From positions 10,728 through 74,727 of the forward strand of contig CANRMX010000003.1 in assembly GCA_947631855.1 (NCBI GenBank): a stretch of 64,000 nucleotides of DNA. The letters run 5' to 3'. The DNA is from an uncultured Clostridia bacterium. GTDB lineage: Bacteria > Bacillota > Clostridia > Oscillospirales > Acutalibacteraceae. Below the pieces are notes generated by a model, which was given only the letters and a program-made list of their open reading frames with translations, made no database searches and had not been told where the DNA came from. Both the position numbers and the translations under genes were made by a program. This document shows, piece after piece, positions 9,925 through 18,643 of this stretch. How positions within the stretch are numbered: the first letter of the stretch is position 1; every line of letters starts with the position of its first letter.

Positions 9925-11004
9925 TCAACCCCACATGGATTTGTATGGCACGTAATACAAAGTATCATTTGAAATATAATTAATCGTTATCGCAAAGTAG
10001 AAAACAACGATTACCGCATTGAGCAAAACTCTAATACGTTTATCTTGGACAGAACGTACTGCCTCCGGAAGGTAGAGAACCAAAAAAGAATTTGAATACC
10101 ATACCAATCGGTGAACATTATTAGGGAGAACAGCCCCCATAGAGAGTAATAATAGACTTGAGAAAACAGCGGCGTACATGAGTTTCAAGTTCGCGTTACT
10201 TTTTACTTTTGGATAAACATAAGCAAGAAGAAGATAAAATGACAAAAAGATTAAAATATACGACAAGGCCATATCGCCGGATTCATTACCGTATTTTGAT
10301 GAAGAAAAATAATTGGTATAGAATCCGAAGCGAGATAATAAGGGAAAGATCCATTTTAGGATTGTATGGGAAAAGACAAACATCCCGGCAATGATTGCTC
10401 CTCCAATCAAGGGTGGTACTTCTACCAGACTAAAGATGTATATGATTGCAAACCAGATGGACGATTTATGAAACAAAAATGCGATCAGGAGCAAACATAC
10501 AACGGCTATCCAATTTTTCTTTTTGAAAAACGGGATCGATAGAAGCAAAATCGCGGTCGCCACATACTGCCTCATTACGTTCATTGAGAAGAAGAAATCT
10601 CTTGTGATCACAAAAAGCAAGATGCTGTATACTGGCGCGCCTGATTCTTTATAAATGGTCATAAAATATATTCCGCAGATAATCACAGCGCAAACTATAA
10701 ATAAAGACTGGGGATCCCCAAAGAGTTGACGAAGAACCGTGTTAAGAAATTGGAAAGCCGGTTCCAAGGTATCGCGTGTTCCACTAAACCATCGCCAATA
10801 CAACCCGTAGTCGCGACCGACGTCTCGACGGACTGCCATGACAAAGGTTAGGGGTACAAAGGACAAAAACGCAAACATCTTATTAATTACCAACCCCTTG
10901 ACTGCTTCAATTCCACGTGAATTCTCGATATGAACGGAAATGTAAGCACAGAGAAGAGATAGCAATGTCGCTACAATATATACAATCACAATTATACACT
11001 CCAT
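9925..11004 (-). CDS. EpsG-family polysaccharide polymerase (Wzy)
   Basis: Multi-TM; VGRDY..Y, EP.F, MRQYVA, FHKS, VPYKS. Confidence 0.8.
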   Translation of the reverse strand: MECIIVIVYIVATLLSLLCAYISVHIENSRGIEAVKGLVINKMFAFLSFVPLTFVMAVRRDVGRDYGLYWRWFSGTRDTLEPAFQFLNTVLRQLFGDPQSLFIVCAVIICGIYFMTIYKESGAPVYSILLFVITRDFFFSMNVMRQYVATAILLLSIPFFKKKNWIAVVCLLLIAFLFHKSSIWFAIIYIFSLVEVPPLIGGAIIAGMFVFSHTILKWIFPLLSRFGFYTNYFSSSKYGNESGDMALSYILIFLSFYLLLAYVYPKVKSNANLKLMYAAVFSSLLLLSMGAVLPNNVHRLVWYSNSFLVLYLPEAVRSVQDKRIRVLLNAVIVVFYFAITINYISNDTLYYVPYKSMWG

Positions 11005-11975
11005 TTCCGCTTGGCTTTTCGAAGGAAATTATAAATAAATGGAAAATGAAGCACCAAATAGACTTGTATCCTACGGTATATAGAAAGTTTCCATCCATTT
11101 TTCTGGATAAAGCTCTTTTCCGATAGAAGATCCAACTTCACCAGTTCGCATGTCTCTCTCGAGATCTTGTCATCGATCACACTTGCGTAGATGTCAATTA
11201 GGCTCATAAGCATAAACTGTTCGTACGCTTCCATAATTTGGGGACACTGTGATAGGAAGCATTCTTTCATCTGATAAAGAAACTCAATTTTATCGAGTTT
11301 CTTTTCTCCTCCCGAAGATGTAATTTGCCCCGCTCTTGCAATCCGATAGTAATATTTTGGTTCTTTTCCTATAGCAATCCAATTTGACGCGAGGAACAAA
11401 CGATAGGTGGTGCCAGAATCCTCATAATATTTTCCTTCCGGATATCGAATAGAAGAAAAAAGATTTCTGTGATATATTTTATTCCATGCAAAAACTCCCA
11501 CGTATTTTGCATGCAAAAAAATATATGATAAAGCCTCTTCTGGAGACATCCCTCCTTCAAAACCGTCTGGCATTGAATTCTCTTTTTGTTCGGAAACAAG
11601 TCGGAAAAGCGGGCATACTGCAATCTCGGCATCATACTTTTTGATAAGCCCGTAGAGGTATTCCACAAAGGTTTCCGTAACAAAATCATCGGAATCAACA
11701 AAGCAAATATACTGGCCAGTAGATGCTTCAATCCCGGTATTCCTCGCAGCTGACAGACCTCCGTTTTCTCTATGTATCACTCGGATCCTTGTATCCTTTT
11801 GGGCATATTCTTCGCATATTTCACCACACCTGTCCGGTGATCCGTCGTCCACACAGATAATCTCCAGGTTTTGATAGGTTTGTCCAATAACACTGTCCAA
11901 GCATTGGCGAAGGTACGGTTCCACTTTGTAAATCGGAATAATAACACTGATCTTGTCTGGAGAATGTGTTTTCAT
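10992..11975 (-). CDS. GT2 glycosyltransferase
   Basis: ISVIIPIYKVE, VDDGSPD, NGGLSAARN, FVDSDD, YED. Confidence 0.9.
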   Translation of the reverse strand: MKTHSPDKISVIIPIYKVEPYLRQCLDSVIGQTYQNLEIICVDDGSPDRCGEICEEYAQKDTRIRVIHRENGGLSAARNTGIEASTGQYICFVDSDDFVTETFVEYLYGLIKKYDAEIAVCPLFRLVSEQKENSMPDGFEGGMSPEEALSYIFLHAKYVGVFAWNKIYHRNLFSSIRYPEGKYYEDSGTTYRLFLASNWIAIGKEPKYYYRIARAGQITSSGGEKKLDKIEFLYQMKECFLSQCPQIMEAYEQFMLMSLIDIYASVIDDKISRETCELVKLDLLSEKSFIQKNGWKLSIYRRIQVYLVLHFPFIYNFLRKAKRKWSV

Positions 11976-12045
11976 TTCGGATTAATCCTTTCCTGCAACT
12001 GACACATATTATTGATTTTGCTGCTTTACCTACGGGTTTTTGCTT

Positions 12046-12975
12046 TTATTCTTCTAAGATTTTCTGCACATGGCTACCAATGCGATGATCTTCAGGTGGT
12101 AGCGTCATGTAGTCACCATACAGACATGTCAATAGCTTATGATACTCTGTGGGCATACGCACCTTTATTCCCTCAAATTCGCCTGTTACACCGTCTCCAT
12201 AGAATGACTTTTCTACGATTTCTTTTTCTCCATAATAGGATGGATAATACATTACAAAATCGCAGCTGTCATATGAATATTTTGAAATGTATCGCTTTAG
12301 TTTATCAATCTGCTTTTCAAATGAGAATATTTTGCTGAAATCGACTTTCCTTGCAATACTAATAACAAACTTACGCATTAGGGTCTGGTTTGCCAAATTA
12401 TTGATGGCAATCGTATTGGGTCTGCACATTCTCGATATAGCGCGGTGAAACAGAAGTTGATAATAATATCGTTTCTGTGTTAGCTTTCCAGATGGCATAC
12501 CTATAATGGATCCTATATCAATGGATATAGGTACAACTCTTCCTGAAATATCTAATACTTTATATGTACTGCTGCAAATTTTTGCAAGTCCCGTATTAAA
12601 GGCTGATTGTTCATAATCAAATGGGCATTCGATATAAAATGATTCTGGTAGTTCACTTCTGCAAATTTCAACAAACTTTTCAACTTCTGTATTTGGTATA
12701 CCAATATCAATATCGTCATCCCATGGAATGAAGCCTTTGTGACGGACAGTCCCCAGCAAAGTTCCCTCAACAACATAGTAATGAATACCATACCTTTGAC
12801 AAATCTCAGTAGCAATTTGCATCATTTCTTTGCACAACAGTTGAATTCGCCGAGTAAGTGATGTTTCCGCATATTTTGAAGATGTATAATTTCTTATATA
12901 GTACTCTTCTTCATCACCATTATCGAGTAAGGTAATTTTCTCCGTATTCATTGAAATATATGCTCCTTTTTTCAT
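12046..12975 (-). CDS. LicD-family phosphotransferase
   Basis: GTLLGTVRHKGFIPWDDDIDI and YGDYMTLPP. Confidence 0.9.
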   Translation of the reverse strand: MKKGAYISMNTEKITLLDNGDEEEYYIRNYTSSKYAETSLTRRIQLLCKEMMQIATEICQRYGIHYYVVEGTLLGTVRHKGFIPWDDDIDIGIPNTEVEKFVEICRSELPESFYIECPFDYEQSAFNTGLAKICSSTYKVLDISGRVVPISIDIGSIIGMPSGKLTQKRYYYQLLFHRAISRMCRPNTIAINNLANQTLMRKFVISIARKVDFSKIFSFEKQIDKLKRYISKYSYDSCDFVMYYPSYYGEKEIVEKSFYGDGVTGEFEGIKVRMPTEYHKLLTCLYGDYMTLPPEDHRIGSHVQKILEE

Positions 12976-13209
12976 TCATTAACGCCTAAGTGGTCGTATT
13001 GTTGCCATACAGTGAAGATAACCATTTATAATCATGTTTTATTTAAGATGTTTAATATCTTTTTTGCTTTATTATACTATCTTCGATGCATTCTATACAT
13101 TGTATTCCAATCAATAAAATCAGATGTTTCTATTCAATATATTGCCATTGATACAACAGTATTTATAAGCGAGAAAATCTTTTCGAGATCTATAATACAG
13201 AGGTAATAC

Positions 13210-14261
13210 TCACTCTTTCTTACCTTCGTGTACTTTTGATGCAGCAAGCTTATCAAATATCTTGGCAGGTCTGAAAAGCACGTCAAGAATACTTATTCTT
13301 GAACAGCAAAGTTGGATCAATGAGCATACCAATAATGTAACAAGCAGACAAATAATCATATATAAAATAGAGGGAACAGCGAATCCCATTTTTATATACA
13401 ACGCGCGCAAAGCAACCGTGATATAATTGTGTATCAAATAAATATAGATTGAATTTCTGCCAAGATAAGCGATTACTTTATTGAATTTGAGTTTTCTCAG
13501 CTTTAATACTATGAACAACAATCCCAAAATGATCGCTAAAGTAAAAATAGCTTTCACAAAAGGAACGTTTTTAGTAACATCTTCAAATATAATAAACAAT
13601 ATAATTGATAGTACAGAGAAAACAGGCATAAGAAACTGGCTTCTGATTTTTTTTAAACACTTTGTCTTTTGAACAATAATGATATACCCAAGCAAGAAAT
13701 AGAAAAAGTGATACAGTAGCTTATAAATAAATCCGTTAAATCTCAACGTTATCTGTATACGAGGAATAATCGAAGAGACCGCAAACGCAATTATTCCTAC
13801 GGCTATTAGTCCTTTCTCATTACATTTGCTTAGCAACAAGTAAAATACAATATAATAAATTAAAAGCGCAAATAAGTACCAATAAAGCGTACTCGGAAAA
13901 ACCAATTCATAGAGTAAATTATCTGCCGCTTCTTTGTTGACAATCGAAGAAAATGTGCCTCGCAAAGTATTATATAAGATCTGCCAAAACAAATATAGTA
14001 TCAGTAAATTCAGACAACTTTCTATACCCCCCCCCCCGCTAAATTTTTGCGTTTAGACATCGCAAGAGCCATTCCGGACAGCACAAAAAACAGCGGCATA
14101 TGGAAAAGATAGATAACATTATATATAATTGTCCATGCTTGTCCGCTCATGGCACCTTTTGCCATATTGCCGTCAATGATGTGTCCTATCACGACAAGAA
14201 CAATAGCTATTCCCTTACAGGCATCAAGCCAGGATTCTCTGGTTTTCTTTGCTTCCGGCAT
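13210..14261 (-). CDS. acyltransferase-3 family O-acyltransferase, frameshifted at a G11 tract (phase-OFF)
   Basis: ORF 14022-14261 (WLDACKGIAIVLVVIGH, FHMPLFFVLSG) joins 13210-13992 (LYWYL, IYLIH) via GIESCLNLLILYLFWQ with G9 or G12; ~350 aa. Confidence 0.8.
14027..14037 (-). repeat. poly-G tract AAAAATTTAGC-G11-TA
   Basis: Plus strand ta-C11-gctaaattttt. Confidence 0.9.
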
Positions 14262-14277
14262 ATCAACTTTCCTTTAC

Positions 14278-15744
14278 TTATTTCTTAAACAAAAACCCCT
14301 TAATACTACCAAACGCCTTAAGGCTTCTCTTCAGATCCTCCGGGTTCTTTATTCCCATCCAGCTCCTATGAAGAATATATCTCGGTCTTATGTAATACCT
14401 TTTTCTTGCGTCGTCGCAGAATTTCACCAATTCGTCCGACGTCAGATTCGGTAGTTCTAAAACACAGTTTATCGTGCCGTCCTCTTTTAAATAGTCAGCA
14501 TACCCACCCTTGATGTACCCGTTGCCCTTGGCCCAGAAGTATGCCTCCGTCCCTGGGAAAGGCAAAAGGGGATAAAACTGCGCCGTATCGGTGTTTAGTT
14601 TGAGCGCAAGCCGGAACGTTTCCTCCATAGTCTCTCGCGTTTCGCCGTTATTGCCGACCATATAGCAGGCGTGAACCATCAACTTCGCTTTTTTTGCATT
14701 GGCAATATAATTTTGTATCTGCTGGATCGTCGTGCCCTTTTTGATGTTGTTGAGTATCTGCTGCGAACCGCTTTCGATCCCGGGAATGATGAGGTGGCAT
14801 CCCGCGGCTTTCATCGCCTTCATCGTCTCAAGATCGAGATTCACTCGTGCGTTACACAGCCACTTGAGGTGTTTGTTCAGACCTTTTTCCGCGAGCAACT
14901 TGCAAATTTCAATGACCCTGTCCTTTTTCGCTGTGAAGGTATCGTCCTCAATGACAACTTCCTTGACATCCGGGAAATTGTCGGCGATATATTGAAACTC
15001 AGCAACCACATTTTCCGGACTGCGCAGCCGGTATTGGTGTCCGTGCATCGTCTGCGGATAGACGCAGAAGTTGCACCGTGCCATGCAGCCGCGCCCGGTG
15101 AAGATCTGAATTTCTGGATAGGTCGAGGCAGCGAAGAAATAATCTTTGTGATTTAGGTGTTCCTTGATAAACTTTGCCGCAAACGGGATCTCGTCCAGAT
15201 CGGTGATATATTCCATATCGGGATTCGCACAAACTTCGCTGTTCTTCCAATAGGTGATACCTTTTACCTCCAGCGGATCGTTGCCGTCTCTCAGAGCTCT
15301 AGCGATATCACGGACAATATAGTCAAACTCCTTTCGCGCTACAGCGTTCACTTTTTCACTCAGCCGCAGTGTTTCTTCCGGCAGCGCGGATGGATGCGTA
15401 CCGACAAGCAGAATAAAGGAATCAGGATAAAGCGCCCTGATTTTCTCTGCAAATGCAACGTCGCTGTATATGGACGGTGTGCTGGAGCTGATTACAAACA
15501 GTTTTGCGTCTTTGCCCTCTGCTGCGATGACTTTCATAGACTGTTCCTCATTAAGAGGCGTGGCCGGAGCGTCTAGGAAGCGAATATCAAAGCCGTCCTT
15601 TTCGCAAACTGCAGCGGCATAAATCAGCCACAGCGGATAATATAATGTCCCGCTCCGCGTGACTGCGGGGCTTCTGTTTTCCCTTGAGAACTTCCCGTAT
15701 TCCGCTTTAAACGGAGGATTCACAAAATAAACTTTCATTTTCAT
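14278..15744 (-). CDS. cobalamin-binding radical SAM enzyme
   Basis: N-terminal B12-binding-like domain (YYPLWL, LVGTHPS), RGCMARCNFC CxxxCxxC, EDDTF, GIESG. Confidence 0.85.
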   Translation of the reverse strand: MKMKVYFVNPPFKAEYGKFSRENRSPAVTRSGTLYYPLWLIYAAAVCEKDGFDIRFLDAPATPLNEEQSMKVIAAEGKDAKLFVISSSTPSIYSDVAFAEKIRALYPDSFILLVGTHPSALPEETLRLSEKVNAVARKEFDYIVRDIARALRDGNDPLEVKGITYWKNSEVCANPDMEYITDLDEIPFAAKFIKEHLNHKDYFFAASTYPEIQIFTGRGCMARCNFCVYPQTMHGHQYRLRSPENVVAEFQYIADNFPDVKEVVIEDDTFTAKKDRVIEICKLLAEKGLNKHLKWLCNARVNLDLETMKAMKAAGCHLIIPGIESGSQQILNNIKKGTTIQQIQNYIANAKKAKLMVHACYMVGNNGETRETMEETFRLALKLNTDTAQFYPLLPFPGTEAYFWAKGNGYIKGGYADYLKEDGTINCVLELPNLTSDELVKFCDDARKRYYIRPRYILHRSWMGIKNPEDLKRSLKAFGSIKGFLFKK

Positions 15745-16592
15745 TTCCTGCTCTTTTCATATATTTTTTCAATCTTTGTAGTGCTGAACAGATATCCATG
15801 TTTCCGAAACAGATACGCCAGTCCTTTGATGTGCTCGTAATTGTGTTTGCTGAACAACTTTTTTCGGGACAAGCGCTGCCATTCATGATAGATTTCTGCA
15901 TCATAACAGTATTGAACGCTGTATCCGGCTTTCAGACAGCGAATACAGTAATCCACATCCTCAGGCGCATAAAAGATTTTTTCGTCAAGCAGCCCGATTT
16001 CTGCCGGCAGTTCCTTTCGCATCATCCAACAGGCGGACATCAAGTATCCAACAGAAACACAGCCGTGACCCTCATTCGGAATGGAGCCTTCCATGCGCTC
16101 GCCCTTTTCACGGAGTGATTTTATCGGCAAAACCTTGAACAGCTTTTCCGTCAGCGTTGGCAGATTCCGACCGGAATGTTGGTAGACGGAATTTTTGTCT
16201 TTCATGCGCGGACCGATAATCCCGATAGTATGATCGGTCTCAAGAGCTTTCGTCAATATCAAAAGCGCTTCGGTATTAACAACGGTATCCGAATCAAGAA
16301 TGCAAATATAATCTACATTTTCGTCTAACAGACTTTTTAGCCCAATATTTCGGCTGACTGTCGTTCCGTAATTTTTATCAAGTTTATGTACCTCACAGGT
16401 AAATCCGCTTTTTCCGTTGTATTCGGTGATAGCTTTGTCGATTTGTTCTACCGTCCGATCAGCGGAACTGTTATCGATGACGATTACCCTTCCCGAAAGA
16501 GCAGTACAGTCAAGAGAAAAGATTGACTTCAGGCACTCGCCGATACATTTTTCGGAGTTCCAAGTGAGAATTACAAATCCGATCGATTTCAT
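15741..16592 (-). CDS. GT2 glycosyltransferase (rhamnosyltransferase-like)
   Basis: VILTWNS, IDNSS.D, LDSD, SAC, EDVD. Confidence 0.8.
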   Translation of the reverse strand: MKSIGFVILTWNSEKCIGECLKSIFSLDCTALSGRVIVIDNSSADRTVEQIDKAITEYNGKSGFTCEVHKLDKNYGTTVSRNIGLKSLLDENVDYICILDSDTVVNTEALLILTKALETDHTIGIIGPRMKDKNSVYQHSGRNLPTLTEKLFKVLPIKSLREKGERMEGSIPNEGHGCVSVGYLMSACWMMRKELPAEIGLLDEKIFYAPEDVDYCIRCLKAGYSVQYCYDAEIYHEWQRLSRKKLFSKHNYEHIKGLAYLFRKHGYLFSTTKIEKIYEKSRK

Positions 16593-16654
16593 TACTTCGC
16601 TCCGCTCTTTCTGAGCACTGCAAAAGCGGTCGCAAAAATTATTTTGGCGCTCAT

Positions 16655-17723
16655 CTAATCACCGTATTCTAAATTTCTAATATATGTCACCGGCTTGAAA
16701 AGCAAGCCGTGAATATTCAACTTTTTGCAAACAAACGAAAATCCAATCGGGATTGCGGTACTGATGACCGTATTCAGGAAAAAGCTCAAATAAACATTTT
16801 CTATACCGAGTTTCGGAAAGACGGCTCTGAATCCAGCAGTAAAAACGCAGTGTATAACGTAAATTTCAAGGCTGTATCTGCCAACTGTCTGCAGGAATCG
16901 GCTGTTACTCATGAACTTAACATTTTCAAATAAATACCAAATCGCAAGCGAAATGCCAAGGGCTATTACAGTGCTTGCCGCAAACTTTTTCGACAGCATT
17001 TTTTCTCTATCCCCAAGCACAGCGCTCAAAGCAACCGAGACGAACAGCATAACAAGCGTCAGTACTTTATTTCCTATAATTTTGTCATCGTTAAGGCAGT
17101 GAATCAATCCGATATAAAAGAATAATGCAAGGCAAAGAAACCAGTTAATTTCGAAATACGGAAAATCAAACAGTTGACTAATTAACGCTAACGTCGTAAG
17201 TAAAGATATCATAATATATTTGTTCACTTTATATAATCGTTCTACAGAAAAGATAAGATATAAGAAAACCAAAACGTAAAGATACCAATATGGAGGAATC
17301 GCCTTTGCCCATATCATTACCACATCCATTAAGGACACCGGCTGATTTGTATATTTGCCGACTGCTATCTTAAACAGCCCAAAAGGTATACTGAAAATAA
17401 AATATATTGCCACAAGATTAAGTATCTGTCTGTATATCCTTTTGGTATTCGGAATGCCATCTCGAACATAAGCAGTGCAGAATACAAATCCGCTGATCAT
17501 CATAAATAACGGCATATGAAATGCATATATGATATTATAAACACTGTAAATAAATGTAATTGACTCCGGATACATTCCTGCGCTAAGGTAGCCTGCTGCA
17601 ACATGCCCTATTACAACACAAATAATTGCGAAGCCCTTCAGGGCGTCTATATATCCTATTCGTTTAGATGTACCCCCCCCCCGCTAAATTTTTAGCAGGA
17701 GAGATTTTTGCGGATGTATCCAT
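16655..17723 (-). CDS. acyltransferase-3 family O-acyltransferase, frameshifted at a G10 tract (phase-OFF)
   Basis: AAGGAG RBS and ATG at 17723 give MDTSAKISPAKNLAGGGYI-stop; with G9 or G12 it reads into TSKRIGYIDALKGFAIICVVIGH and ORF 16655-17575 (FHMPLF); ~355 aa. Confidence 0.8.
17673..17682 (-). repeat. poly-G tract AAAAATTTAGC-G10-TA
   Basis: Plus strand ta-C10-gctaaattttt. Confidence 0.9.
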
Positions 17724-17792
17724 TATGTTACTTCTCCTTTTTGTAAACATATTAAAATTCGTATTAACGTTAGCGATTTTTACGCTCCCGGT

Positions 17793-18533
17793 TCACACTC
17801 CACTCTTCCTCAACACCGCCGAGACTGTTGCAAAAATTATCTTAATATCCACCCACAGCGAACGATTCTGCACATACCACAGCTCCATCTGCTGGCGCTT
17901 GCCGTCCTCATACATCGCATCGTTGCGTGCATACGCCTGCCAATATCCGGTCAGTCCCGGCTTCACGGAAAGCAGTAGTTCCTGCTGCTCCGGCGTGTAA
18001 TTCTCGTCCAGCTCGCTTTCCAAAATCGGTCTCGGCCCCACCAGAGACATATTGCCCTTCAACAGCACGTTGTAAGGAATCTGCATCATCTCATCCAGGC
18101 TCAATTGCCGAAGTCGTGCGCCAAAGCACTTGTCTCCATCGCCAGGCTTTTTCCATCCGATCAGCCGTGGGTCATCCCGAATCTTGTACTCGCGCTTATA
18201 TTCTTCCAACTGCTCTGGGGTTAGCATATCTTCCAGTTTATCTGCACCTTTACGCATTGTCCGCAGCTTTACGATTTTAACAGGTTTCCGATCTCGTCCA
18301 ACTCTGGTATGTACGTAGATCGGGCTGCCAGGGTCTTTCAGTACGATCAACAGGGCGACCACGAGGATCGGCACCAAGAGGACGATGCTCGCCAGTAGCG
18401 AGAGGATAAAATCCGCCGTGCGCTTGATAAACGCATAGACCACTTTGTTCTGGCTTTTCTGCCGACTTGCAACGCCCGATCCCGTTTCCAGCGTCTCCTG
18501 CTCCATAAGTTTCACATTCGATATCTGCGCCAT
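17793..18533 (-). CDS. priming phosphoglycosyl transferase (bacterial sugar transferase)
   Basis: IKRTAD, KLRTM, DDPR, SLDE..Q, NVL.GNMSLVGPRP, KPGLTG.WQ; ATG at 18533 with GGAG RBS; in-frame upstream ATG at 18647. Confidence 0.9.
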   Translation of the reverse strand: MAQISNVKLMEQETLETGSGVASRQKSQNKVVYAFIKRTADFILSLLASIVLLVPILVVALLIVLKDPGSPIYVHTRVGRDRKPVKIVKLRTMRKGADKLEDMLTPEQLEEYKREYKIRDDPRLIGWKKPGDGDKCFGARLRQLSLDEMMQIPYNVLLKGNMSLVGPRPILESELDENYTPEQQELLLSVKPGLTGYWQAYARNDAMYEDGKRQQMELWYVQNRSLWVDIKIIFATVSAVLRKSGV

Positions 18534-18618
18534 GCCTGTCTCTCCATTCTCTTTTGTGTTCTCGCCTTTGCCCAACGCGCAGTGACAACTGCAGGGGGGA
18601 TGGGCAGAACAGGTTCTA

Positions 18619-18629
18619 CCCCCCCCCCC
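18619..18629 (-). repeat. poly-G tract C-G11-TA
   Basis: Plus strand ta-C11-g. Confidence 0.9.
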
Positions 18630-18643
18630 GACTATTTTCCGCC

